Shown one piece after another: positions 39,316 to 46,438 of a stretch of 64,000 nt of DNA; the first letter of the stretch is position 1, and each line of letters opens with the position of its first letter. Under the pieces are notes generated by a model. The model saw only the letters and a list, made by a program, of their open reading frames with translations, was not told the origin of the DNA and did no database searches. Source of the DNA: an uncultured Bacteroidales bacterium (GTDB taxonomy: Bacteria; Bacteroidota; Bacteroidia; Bacteroidales; DTU049); NCBI GenBank assembly GCA_964428185.1, contig CAYRXH010000005.1, forward strand, positions 10,772 through 74,771, written 5' to 3'. The translations under genes and the position numbers were made by a program.

Positions 39316-39735
39316 TTATTTTTTATTAAATTCTAAAAACATTTGTGGCTCAAATAAAAATCTTGATGAACCATTTAATAACTTAGAATTACATAGCTGT
39401 GAGATAAATACATAATTTGATATGTCTTCTCTTAGAGATTTATAAGTTATTATGTACCTATTACGATATATAGAGATAAATCCATGACGCCTCTTACCAT
39501 TGCATAAATCCTTCTCTAATATTATATCATAATATTTCTTCTCCCTTATAACACCATTAAATATATTTATTATACTATCCTCTGTCTTGTACTTGATACG
39601 ATAGTTGAGTAATGTACAGTAACGCTTTAGCAATTCTAATGTGATATTATTACAATATGTACGATCTAAGCGCACAAAATTATTGGAGACCCTTTGTTCT
39701 CCAATAAAATTATCTACAAATTCTGATGTTTTCAT
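39316..39735 (-). CDS. Hypothetical protein (139 aa)
   Basis: ORF only. Confidence 0.5.
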   Translation of the reverse strand: MKTSEFVDNFIGEQRVSNNFVRLDRTYCNNITLELLKRYCTLLNYRIKYKTEDSIINIFNGVIREKKYYDIILEKDLCNGKRRHGFISIYRNRYIITYKSLREDISNYVFISQLCNSKLLNGSSRFLFEPQMFLEFNKK

Positions 39736-39916
39736 AACTCTTATATTTTATGTTATATTATTAATCGGATTTCTATTCTTGATTTTGTTATAAGTAATTT
39801 TATTTAATTTGTTAATGGGTTTTTGTTATTCATATATAATTTCCAAGAAAATTATATAATAATGCAATATTAAGTATTATTATATATATGAAAAACAAAA
39901 TTGGGAAGGAAAGGAT

Positions 39917-39974
39917 TCCCCTGTCAACGAGGGCAAGTGCATAAAAATGTAAATGCTTGATAATCAACAGGGGA
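39917..39974. repeat. Imperfect extended hairpin (8-bp outer stem TCCCCTGT/ACAGGGGA plus an inner GCAAG.GCAT/ATGCTTG pairing)
   Basis: Read directly. It is relatively GC-rich within an AT-rich spacer between leftward genes. Confidence 0.6.
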
Positions 39975-40070
39975 AAATATGATGAGGATAAATGTTAAAA
40001 TCGACAAAAAGTGATAACATTGTATCTCAAAATAGGGGGTTTAGAAAAATTAGTAGAAAGAAATAGTTAA

Positions 40071-40289
40071 TTAGTCATGAATCAGGTGAAAGGGGATAAC
40101 AGCTTCACATGCAGAGATGATTTTGATATCGTCTTCGAGTTGAAGAAGGATGTTGATATCGTCGTTAGTCATGTCCATAAAAGCGATATTAGCAATATGA
40201 TATGCATTTATGGTGTCATGATCTGATGAACAAGAAAGATTACTTTCTTTTAGATCATGTTTGATTTGGAAGTTTTGTTTTGTTTTCAT
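40071..40289 (-). CDS. Small acidic hypothetical protein (72 aa)
   Basis: ORF with 12 Asp/Glu against 5 Lys. Confidence 0.4.
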   Translation of the reverse strand: MKTKQNFQIKHDLKESNLSCSSDHDTINAYHIANIAFMDMTNDDINILLQLEDDIKIISACEAVIPFHLIHD

Positions 40290-40354
40290 GGTATTATCTT
40301 TTTTTATTATTGAATTAAGGAATAAATGATAAATGAACTAATGTGATAAAGAAA

Positions 40355-40448
40355 TGTTATATGTAAGATGAATAAAGTAGTATTATCGCAGATATGTGAA
40401 CTAAGCGTTACAGAAATAATACAGACTTATTGCATCTTACATATAACA
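40355..40448. repeat. 16-bp perfect inverted repeat with a 62-nt loop
   Basis: TGTTATATGTAAGATG (40355-40370) / CATCTTACATATAACA (40433-40448). Confidence 0.85.
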
Positions 40449-40501
40449 AATTAAATAGAGCCGCATCTTATCTTATGATAAGAAAATGAAATGTTTCTTT
40501 T

Positions 40502-40526
40502 AAAAAAACCCCCGAAGGGGCTTTTC
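40502..40526 (-). terminator. Intrinsic terminator (CCCC-UUCG-GGGG followed by a U7 run on the - strand)
   Basis: The - strand reads GAAAAGCCCCTTCGGGGGTTTTTTT immediately after the stop of the 40528..40893 gene. Confidence 0.75.
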
Positions 40527-40527
40527 A

Positions 40528-40893
40528 TTAATTGACCCGAAATTCCACAAATCTTCCTTTCTTGACAACAAGACTTCCATTGACGGGTATCAGTTTCCCT
40601 TCAGTATCTTCAGTCAAGACTTTCCTGCTGTAAAAACTCAGTAAAGCTCCATCCATCTCCATATTGAGCCAAAAATAGTCGTTTCCATTGACATTCTTCT
40701 TGACATCGGAGATACTTGCATTACTGTACAAATAAGTACCATCCTTCAAACGTAAGTCCATCTGAGTTGTCCCATCAATACCACACTGAGGGATCATTAC
40801 CTGATTGATTGGCTGTTGTGGTACAGCCTGATTTGCAAACTGTGCATAATTTCCATAATTTGCAAATTGTCCATTTGTTACTTGTGTTTCCAT
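40528..40893 (-). CDS. Hypothetical protein (121 aa), GC-richer than its surroundings
   Basis: ORF with a Q/N-rich N-terminus (QFANYGNYAQFANQ). A terminator lies directly downstream. Confidence 0.6.
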   Translation of the reverse strand: METQVTNGQFANYGNYAQFANQAVPQQPINQVMIPQCGIDGTTQMDLRLKDGTYLYSNASISDVKKNVNGNDYFWLNMEMDGALLSFYSRKVLTEDTEGKLIPVNGSLVVKKGRFVEFRVN

Positions 40894-40961
40894 GTTTTTA
40901 TGATTTTATTGTTAACCAAAGGTTAGGGGGGTGCAGGGGGGATACTCCGTAAGTCCGTTTG

Positions 40962-40982
40962 AGTTGAGCATTAGTTGAGCAT
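40962..40982. repeat. Tandem AGTTGAGCAT x2 (11-bp period) next to G6-TGCA-G6 (40926-40941)
   Basis: Read directly in the divergent intergenic region 40894-41349. Confidence 0.8.
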
Positions 40983-41285
40983 ATGGCGTTATATATTTTC
41001 ATTTATATTATATCAATTATATCTATCATATTGTGGTTTTGTTTTATTCATATATTATTTATTATATATTTCAATTATTATATATATGTAAAGTTTCACT
41101 ACGTTGTTTGGTGTAAAGTTTAAGATTTCCCGACTTTAAAATCAGGAAATTCCGTCCGCATACCATTTATTACTCACTTGCGGAAATAGAACATGAAGTC
41201 ATTAAATCAATTTGCATTTGGAAAGTGGTACGAACTTAGCCCTAAAATTTTTTCAGAAAACCACTTCAGTATAAAAATAAAGTAT

Positions 41286-41293
41286 TAACTTTG
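41286..41293 (+). promoter_or_regulatory. Bacteroidota-type -7 promoter element (TAACTTTG) for the rightward ASCH cassette
   Basis: TAACTTTGCAAAAGG lies 57 nt upstream of the ATG at 41350. Confidence 0.45.
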
Positions 41294-41349
41294 CAAAAGG
41301 AATTTAAATCAAAGGAAGATATTAAAGTAAACAATTATTCAGTCGGAAA

Positions 41350-41718
41350 ATGAAAGTATTATTGTCCATAAAACCAGAGTTCGCTTTCAAAATCTTTGAA
41401 GGCAAAAAGAAATTTGAATTTCGTAAAGTAATTTTCAAAAATCCAAATGTAAAGACAGTTGTTGTTTACGCGTCATCACCTGTTCAAAGGGTCATTGGAG
41501 AATTTGAAATTGCAGACATCCTAAGTTATGACCCAAGTGAAATTTGGAGACAGACAAAAAAATATTCAGGAATTTCAGAAGATTTTTTCTATGAGTATTT
41601 CGCGAATAGAGAAATTGCACACGCAATAAAAATTAAGAATCCCAAAAAGTATAAACAACCATTACACTTGCAAGACAACTACAATGTTGTTCCGCCACAA
41701 TCGTATGTTTACTTGTAA
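41350..41718 (+). CDS. ASCH-domain (PUA-like) protein
   Basis: MKVLLSIKPEFAFKIFEGKKKFEFRK...VVVYASSPVQRVIGEFEI...IWRQTKKYSGISEDFFYEYF...AHAIKI matches the remembered ASCH pattern (LSIKPeya.kI..G.K..EfRr ... iYat.P...ivG.f.i). Confidence 0.6.
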   Translation: MKVLLSIKPEFAFKIFEGKKKFEFRKVIFKNPNVKTVVVYASSPVQRVIGEFEIADILSYDPSEIWRQTKKYSGISEDFFYEYFANREIAHAIKIKNPKKYKQPLHLQDNYNVVPPQSYVYL

Positions 41719-41747
41719 ACATTACAATTATTATATTAGAATAAAAG

Positions 41748-42257
41748 ATGAAATTCAAACAATCAAAAAACATAAATGGGAAAAATGTATATAAATATTT
41801 AGAAGACCGTCATAGTATGGTAGGAGTAACGGTACGATTATATGATATTAGTAATATTATATCTAAAGAATTAGGATATAGGGAATCAGAGGTTCGTTAT
41901 ATTATAGAGTTTATGTTGCGATATAGTAGTTATATATTAGGATTGGGATATGGATTTCGATTTCGAGAATTTATGGTACATCCTGAATTGAAATACATAG
42001 ATTATTTACGATTTTTAGAAAAAGATATATTATTAAAGTTTTTATTAGAATATGATATGGAGCAAGTATATAGCAATCATCATGGATTAGATAAGAATGT
42101 ATTAGGAGAGATACGGACACAGCGTTTATTATTGCGTAGGTTAAGCATAAGAAATTTTAAGCGTATCATATCTAAGAAGGAAAGTGTACAACTACTAAAG
42201 CGTTTATCAGATAAAAAGCATAGGGGTGGTATAAAGCGATTAAAATTGAATAAATGA
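41748..42257 (+). CDS. Hypothetical protein, possibly HU/IHF-like DNA-binding
   Basis: ISKELGYRESEVRYIIEFMLRYSSYILGLGYGFRFREF loosely parallels the HU pattern ia...gls...v..vl..l...i...L..G..v.l.gfG.F. The tail is basic. Confidence 0.3.
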   Translation: MKFKQSKNINGKNVYKYLEDRHSMVGVTVRLYDISNIISKELGYRESEVRYIIEFMLRYSSYILGLGYGFRFREFMVHPELKYIDYLRFLEKDILLKFLLEYDMEQVYSNHHGLDKNVLGEIRTQRLLLRRLSIRNFKRIISKKESVQLLKRLSDKKHRGGIKRLKLNK

Positions 42258-42324
42258 TCTTTAATATTAAATTAGGAATTATTAATTTAAAAGATAATTT
42301 CTAATAAAATAATTATATAAAATA

Positions 42325-42987
42325 TTAAAAGTTGTAATTAACATAGCAATCAGATTTTAAGAATACCCAGAAGTAAGCATGATATTTACGTGCGTGAATT
42401 TGTTTTTTCCATTTAGAGCCGTTAAAGGCATTAATTCTATTTTTTGCAATAAGTATAAAAAGGTCTTTAGGATAAAATCCTATTTTTAAAGCCATATTCA
42501 TAATTAGAACATGTGAAAAATGATTTTTACCACTTGCGACCACATCTTGGCATTTAAAGACGAGTATTCCATTGCTTTGGAGTATTCTATAAATTTCTTT
42601 AATTGAGTTGTAATAATGATTTTTAAGTTCATCAAAAGAATTATAGGACTCAAATCTTTTAGCAATAATACTACTACCCATTTTATTATTTTTATATGTA
42701 CTACCTGCAATAGTGAAAGGAGGGTCAAACATAACACTTTTCATCGATTGATTTTCAAAAGGTAGGTTAGAGCTATCAGCTTTTAGAACATTATTGTTAT
42801 GAGGATATAAATCTGTTTTATATATAGGTTTAGGTAAATTTTTCCAGAATTGTCCTTTACTATATGTACAATCGAGGTCAAATTTTTCAATATTATAGAG
42901 ATGCATTATATTTCTAATTATTTCTTCATTGCTAAAAGATATTGATATAATTGGTTTAAATCCGAATAAAGTATTTTTAATTTCCAT
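42325..42987 (-). CDS. DNA methyltransferase (N6-adenine/N4-cytosine type, DPPF motif)
   Basis: SVMFDPPFTIAG is a motif IV DPPF. It is followed by NGILVFKCQD. Length 220 aa. Confidence 0.55.
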   Translation of the reverse strand: MEIKNTLFGFKPIISISFSNEEIIRNIMHLYNIEKFDLDCTYSKGQFWKNLPKPIYKTDLYPHNNNVLKADSSNLPFENQSMKSVMFDPPFTIAGSTYKNNKMGSSIIAKRFESYNSFDELKNHYYNSIKEIYRILQSNGILVFKCQDVVASGKNHFSHVLIMNMALKIGFYPKDLFILIAKNRINAFNGSKWKKQIHARKYHAYFWVFLKSDCYVNYNF

Positions 42988-43030
42988 TTATATTTAAATA
43001 ATTAATTATAGAATATATTAATGATTTATA

Positions 43031-43378
43031 TTATCGTTGACTCATGTATTTAGTAACTGTATGCTCAAATTCCTCGAAGCTGTTACAAACAGCAACCATA
43101 TATCCTGCATAATACAGTTTTGTGATTATTTCAGTTTGTGATTTAGTTGGTTTGTTATTTCCTGCCTTTAGCTCAATAAACAATCCTGCATGCACCTTTG
43201 TCTGTTCGGCAATGAACAGGTCAGGGACTCCTGCAAGCACACCCTCTGCCTTCATCCTTACAGCGGTAACCTTGTTCCTATGCCCGCCGTTGGGTATGGC
43301 AAAGATAAGGCTATCGGGGTACTGATACCTGAACCACCTTACACATGCCACTTGTAAGTTATGCTCTCTTTGTATCAT
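43031..43378 (-). CDS. VRR-NUC domain nuclease
   Basis: EHNLQVACVRWF...FAIPNGGHR......MKAEGVLAGVPDLFI....GLFIELKAGNNKPTKSQ..I...L...GY.VAVCNSFEEF fits the VRR-NUC layout (PNGG, G.PD, ElK, Q). GC-rich. Confidence 0.65.
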   Translation of the reverse strand: MIQREHNLQVACVRWFRYQYPDSLIFAIPNGGHRNKVTAVRMKAEGVLAGVPDLFIAEQTKVHAGLFIELKAGNNKPTKSQTEIITKLYYAGYMVAVCNSFEEFEHTVTKYMSQR

Positions 43379-43382
43379 GGTA

Positions 43383-43754
43383 TCATGTTATATTATTCCA
43401 TGTTCTTCCGTCGTAAGTAACGACGTTATTAAACAAATCAATAATTATGCTATCATCTATCCAATCAAACTCATAAATATATTTATTTAATAAGCACATA
43501 TTTATTGGGCTTATATATAAATATCTGTTTTCACGAGCCATAAGAATAAGTTTAATAAAATTCATAAATTCTTTTATTATATATCTTTCTGCAGGATTAA
43601 CTCCATAAAATGTTTTTTCTTTATTACCTAAAAAATGAAGTTCTACTTTGTATTTTCGGACGTTGTACTGAACAGTAGAATACATTGTTGCAACCTTTAT
43701 ACCGTTATGATTGTAGGTTGTAAGGTTTCGTTCTTCTTTTTTTTGCAAAATCAT
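43383..43754 (-). CDS. Hypothetical protein (123 aa)
   Basis: ORF with a 4-nt overlap with the upstream gene. Confidence 0.5.
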   Translation of the reverse strand: MILQKKEERNLTTYNHNGIKVATMYSTVQYNVRKYKVELHFLGNKEKTFYGVNPAERYIIKEFMNFIKLILMARENRYLYISPINMCLLNKYIYEFDWIDDSIIIDLFNNVVTYDGRTWNNIT

Positions 43755-43981
43755 AAGTACCTCCTGACTGTTAATTCTGCTTCTGTTAATTTCCTTCTGG
43801 GGGGTCTCTTGGTGTAATTAAGGCACATAACCGCTGTGGCGTTGTCTATCAAGACAGGATTATGTGGTGACAACACGCAATTATTAGCCACGCCCCTGCT
43901 AATGTGGCAATGAACACATGTTAAGCAACACTTGATGCGTGTGCCCTTATCAGTCACGTATTGCTGTGCCTTCAGGAGCAT
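43751..43981 (-). CDS. Small Cys-rich hypothetical protein (76 aa)
   Basis: KCCLTCVHCH...NNC...MC. GC-rich. Confidence 0.45.
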   Translation of the reverse strand: MLLKAQQYVTDKGTRIKCCLTCVHCHISRGVANNCVLSPHNPVLIDNATAVMCLNYTKRPPRRKLTEAELTVRRYL

Positions 43982-43984
43982 CGA

Positions 43985-44215
43985 CTATTTTTTTAGAATT
44001 CTAAAAACCTCGTCTGTCGTTGTCCCTATGTATTCAGCAATTTGTTCCACCCACTCTGCCTTGAAGATGCGTACATCTTCGTTCATGAGTTTGCGGAATT
44101 GTTCACGCCCCGAAGGGGTGTTGCTGTATAGCATACGCCACAATTCTCTCTTGCACGTCCGCCTGTCTATGCCTCTGTCTCGGCAATAACTTACTATATT
44201 TCTGATTTTGTACAT
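43985..44215 (-). CDS. Small helix-turn-helix-like protein (76 aa)
   Basis: The C-terminal VEQIAEYIGTTTDEVFRILKK looks like an HTH. GC-rich. Confidence 0.4.
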   Translation of the reverse strand: MYKIRNIVSYCRDRGIDRRTCKRELWRMLYSNTPSGREQFRKLMNEDVRIFKAEWVEQIAEYIGTTTDEVFRILKK

Positions 44216-44292
44216 AATGATGTATTTATTGTTAAACCATAAATTAAATTCAATTTTTTATATTTATCTTTCATACCAATACGCAATGTTTA

Positions 44293-45237
44293 TTATGCAT
44301 AAATATTATTAACATATTTTTCTGCTAAGAAAATATAATCATTATACTCTATTATTTGTTTTTTTGTATAACCTTTTTCTTTTCCAATTTTTTTAATATT
44401 TGTTTTCCAAAAATCAATTGAATATATATGACATCCTATTTTAATTTCTGAATGAGAGGCTAAGTTAAAAAAGTCCTTACTGCCGTGTATTAACAGAGGA
44501 GAAACATTCCACATGTCGTTTTTTATTAGAGCATCACCGTAAACATTAGCAAAGCCACAAATTATTGCATTACCATAAACACTGGCATTTCCATATATTC
44601 TTGCGTTTCCATATATACATGCATTATCAAAAACACATGCATAACCAAAGATTTTAGCATTGTCATATACTTTCGTATCCCCATATACTTTTGCATTTTC
44701 AGAAATATTTACATCCCCAAATACTCTTGCACTGCCAAATATTCTTGCATTATCTGATATTCTTGCGTTATCTAATAATCTTGAATTATCATAAATTTTT
44801 GCATTATCAAGTATTATTACATTGCCAAAAACATTTGCATTTCCTGTAATTTTTACATTACCCGATACTTTTGCATTATCATATACATTCGCATTATCAT
44901 AAACACAAGCATTACCTGAAATTCTAGCATTTCCAAAAATAACAGCATTATTAAATATTTCTACATCATCGTATATTTTTGCACTTTCAAATACTTTGGC
45001 ATTCCCAAAGATTTTTACATTGTCATATATCTTTGCATTACCTGATATCGAAGCATTGTCATATACACATGCATTATCTGTTACCCATGAGTTATCATTT
45101 TGATTTAAATTATTTTCTGATTGTATCCATCCGCCTTTATCACCTTTTTTAATATCACAAAAATCTCGAATTGCTTCAATTTGTATCAATGTTATACCAT
45201 TGACCTCTTTTGTTGTGTTTGTTAGTTTATACTTCAT
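44293..45237 (-). CDS. Hexapeptide-repeat (left-handed beta-helix type) protein, first gene of the leftward block
   Basis: 31 uninterrupted hexads (TDNACV YDNASI SGNAKI ... YGDALI, aa 53-238). They are flanked by a 52-aa N-terminal and a 76-aa C-terminal non-repeat domain. Confidence 0.8.
   Translation of the reverse strand: MKYKLTNTTKEVNGITLIQIEAIRDFCDIKKGDKGGWIQSENNLNQNDNSWVTDNACVYDNASISGNAKIYDNVKIFGNAKVFESAKIYDDVEIFNNAVIFGNARISGNACVYDNANVYDNAKVSGNVKITGNANVFGNVIILDNAKIYDNSRLLDNARISDNARIFGSARVFGDVNISENAKVYGDTKVYDNAKIFGYACVFDNACIYGNARIYGNASVYGNAIICGFANVYGDALIKNDMWNVSPLLIHGSKDFFNLASHSEIKIGCHIYSIDFWKTNIKKIGKEKGYTKKQIIEYNDYIFLAEKYVNNIYA
44524..45081 (-). repeat. 31 hexapeptide units, consensus (Y/F)(G/D)NA(K/R)(I/V)
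   Basis: Counted in the translation. Confidence 0.9.
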
Positions 45238-45340
45238 TTAATTTTGTTGTTTTAAACATTTTTAATTTATTATGGTTGTTTTTGTATTTATTAGGATATG
45301 CTTTTATATTGTGAGGTTTTTAAAATAATTAATTACAACA

Positions 45341-45372
45341 CAAAGATACAATAAAATATAAGGCAATACAAA
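45341..45372 (-). promoter_or_regulatory. Bacteroidota-type promoter for the leftward block (-7 TATCTTTG, -33 TTTG)
   Basis: The - strand reads TATCTTTG (45341-45348). TTTG (45369-45372) lies 20 nt upstream. The motif sits about 100 nt upstream of the ATG at 45237. Confidence 0.5.
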
Positions 45373-45470
45373 TATTATTATGTTAAAATAGTGTTAAAAA
45401 ATATGAGTAAATAATTATGTTTTTATGTTGTAGTTAAAATAAAGGTAAAAACAAAGTTTGGTTAGTTAGA

Positions 45471-45486
45471 TAATATTTAAATATTA
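45471..45486. repeat. 16-bp perfect A/T palindrome TAATATTTAAATATTA
   Basis: Read directly. Confidence 0.9.
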
Positions 45487-45512
45487 ATTAATTTAAATTT
45501 AAAAATCAATGC

Positions 45513-45583
45513 TTATAATATATAATAATTATATAATTATATTTATTATATAATTATTATAATATATAATTATATATAAATTA
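45513..45583. repeat. 71-nt tract of pure A/T built from TATAAT/TATAATTAT variants
   Basis: No G or C between 45513 and 45583. Confidence 0.9.
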
Positions 45584-45714
45584 GATATTATAATAATATC
45601 TAGTTATAATATCTAGTATAATATCTAGTATAATATCTAGTTATAATATCTAGTATAATATCTAGTTATAATATCTAGTTATAATATCTAGATCTAGTAT
45701 CTAGTATTATAATC
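45582..45714. repeat. Iteron array: a 21-bp palindrome, then seven 12/13-bp units CTAGT(T)ATAATAT, ending in the CTAGATCTAG palindrome
   Basis: CTAG starts at 45600, 45613, 45625, 45637, 45650, 45662, 45675, 45688, 45694 and 45701. Every full unit contains TATAAT. An A12 run follows at 45715-45726. Confidence 0.9.
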
Positions 45715-45839
45715 AAAAAAAAAAAATTAAATAATTAATGAGATGTTGTATTAAGGTGCATAAATACAAAAAATAAAAAAAAGAATAAAAAAATCAAAAT
45801 ATGATTAAAATAAATTTGGTAATAAAAAAAAAATGTTTT

Positions 45840-45846
45840 TACTTTG
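45840..45846 (+). promoter_or_regulatory. Near-consensus Bacteroidota -7 element (TACTTTG, one nt short of TAnnTTTG) for the rightward block
   Basis: TTTTTACTTTGCAAATGG lies 34 nt upstream of the ATG at 45880. It shares the TTTGCAAA core with the elements at 41286 and 47435. Confidence 0.35.
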
Positions 45847-45879
45847 CAAATGGATATGAACAATAAAATTTAAATAAGT

Positions 45880-46413
45880 ATGAAAGTTTATGCAGCAAGA
45901 GGATATGTAGAATCTTTACATTATGAAGATATAGAGTTTATAGATACAAAATCTGGGACAGAAACAATAAAAACAATTAAAAAGTTAGAATGTAGAATAA
46001 GAACTATTGAAGATGATATAATACTTCCTATTACATTTTGGGGGCAAAAATCTATGGATTTGTTTTTAGATATTCAAGAAGGTTCACCAGTTGTTTGTTC
46101 TTTTGCTATTGCATCAAAATATTACAAAGATAGATATTATATTAACCTTAAAGGATATAAAATAGAACGTTATCTTGGATTAACTGCTGATGAAAAAGAA
46201 GAAAGAAGTGCTAAGCATAGACAACAGATTGCGGATAACAAGAAAGAAGTGGAAAACAGAACACTTGAATATATAGACCCTATATATGGTAACAAAACTG
46301 CACAAGAAATAGCTGAAATGATGAATGATACAGAAAATTGGGAAAGTGAAGATGATTTGAAATATAAACAAAATACTGTAAACAAACATGATGATGAAAA
46401 ATTACCATTTTAA
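45880..46413 (+). CDS. ssb: Single-stranded DNA-binding protein (OB fold with an acidic C-terminal LPF tip)
   Basis: ITFWGQKSMDLFLDIQEGSPVVCSFAIASKYY parallels the SSB v.vwgk.Ae....l.KGs.v.veG.l....w. The protein ends ...HDDEKLPF, like the canonical DDDIPF tail. Confidence 0.55.
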   Translation: MKVYAARGYVESLHYEDIEFIDTKSGTETIKTIKKLECRIRTIEDDIILPITFWGQKSMDLFLDIQEGSPVVCSFAIASKYYKDRYYINLKGYKIERYLGLTADEKEERSAKHRQQIADNKKEVENRTLEYIDPIYGNKTAQEIAEMMNDTENWESEDDLKYKQNTVNKHDDEKLPF

Positions 46414-46438
46414 TAAACAGATATATAATTAAAATATT

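Noticed and set aside
40926-40941. A G-quadruplex at GGGGGGTGCAGGGGGG
   Set aside because: Only two G-runs are present, and a canonical intramolecular quadruplex needs four. It is kept only as an unusual motif in the regulatory-region finding.
39736-41349. tRNA genes in the long spacers (also 35181-35436, 45238-45879 and 24255-24397)
   Set aside because: By eye I found no GTTCRANNC T-loop with matching acceptor and anticodon stems. tRNAscan-SE was not run, so this is a soft rejection.
42504-42737. Nested ORFs such as 42504..42737 (-), 51804..52001 (+), 52401..52625 (-), 52405..52605 (-), 55955..56212 (-), 58569..58808 (-), 48695..48883 (-) and 49265..49537 (-)
   Set aside because: Each lies wholly inside a longer, better-supported gene in another frame or strand and has no independent signals.
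45582-45714. A possible CRISPR array, suggested by the regular short repeats
   Set aside because: The units are only 12-13 bp and directly abut each other with no spacers. No cas genes or leader-like organisation are present. The architecture fits iterons or binding sites instead.
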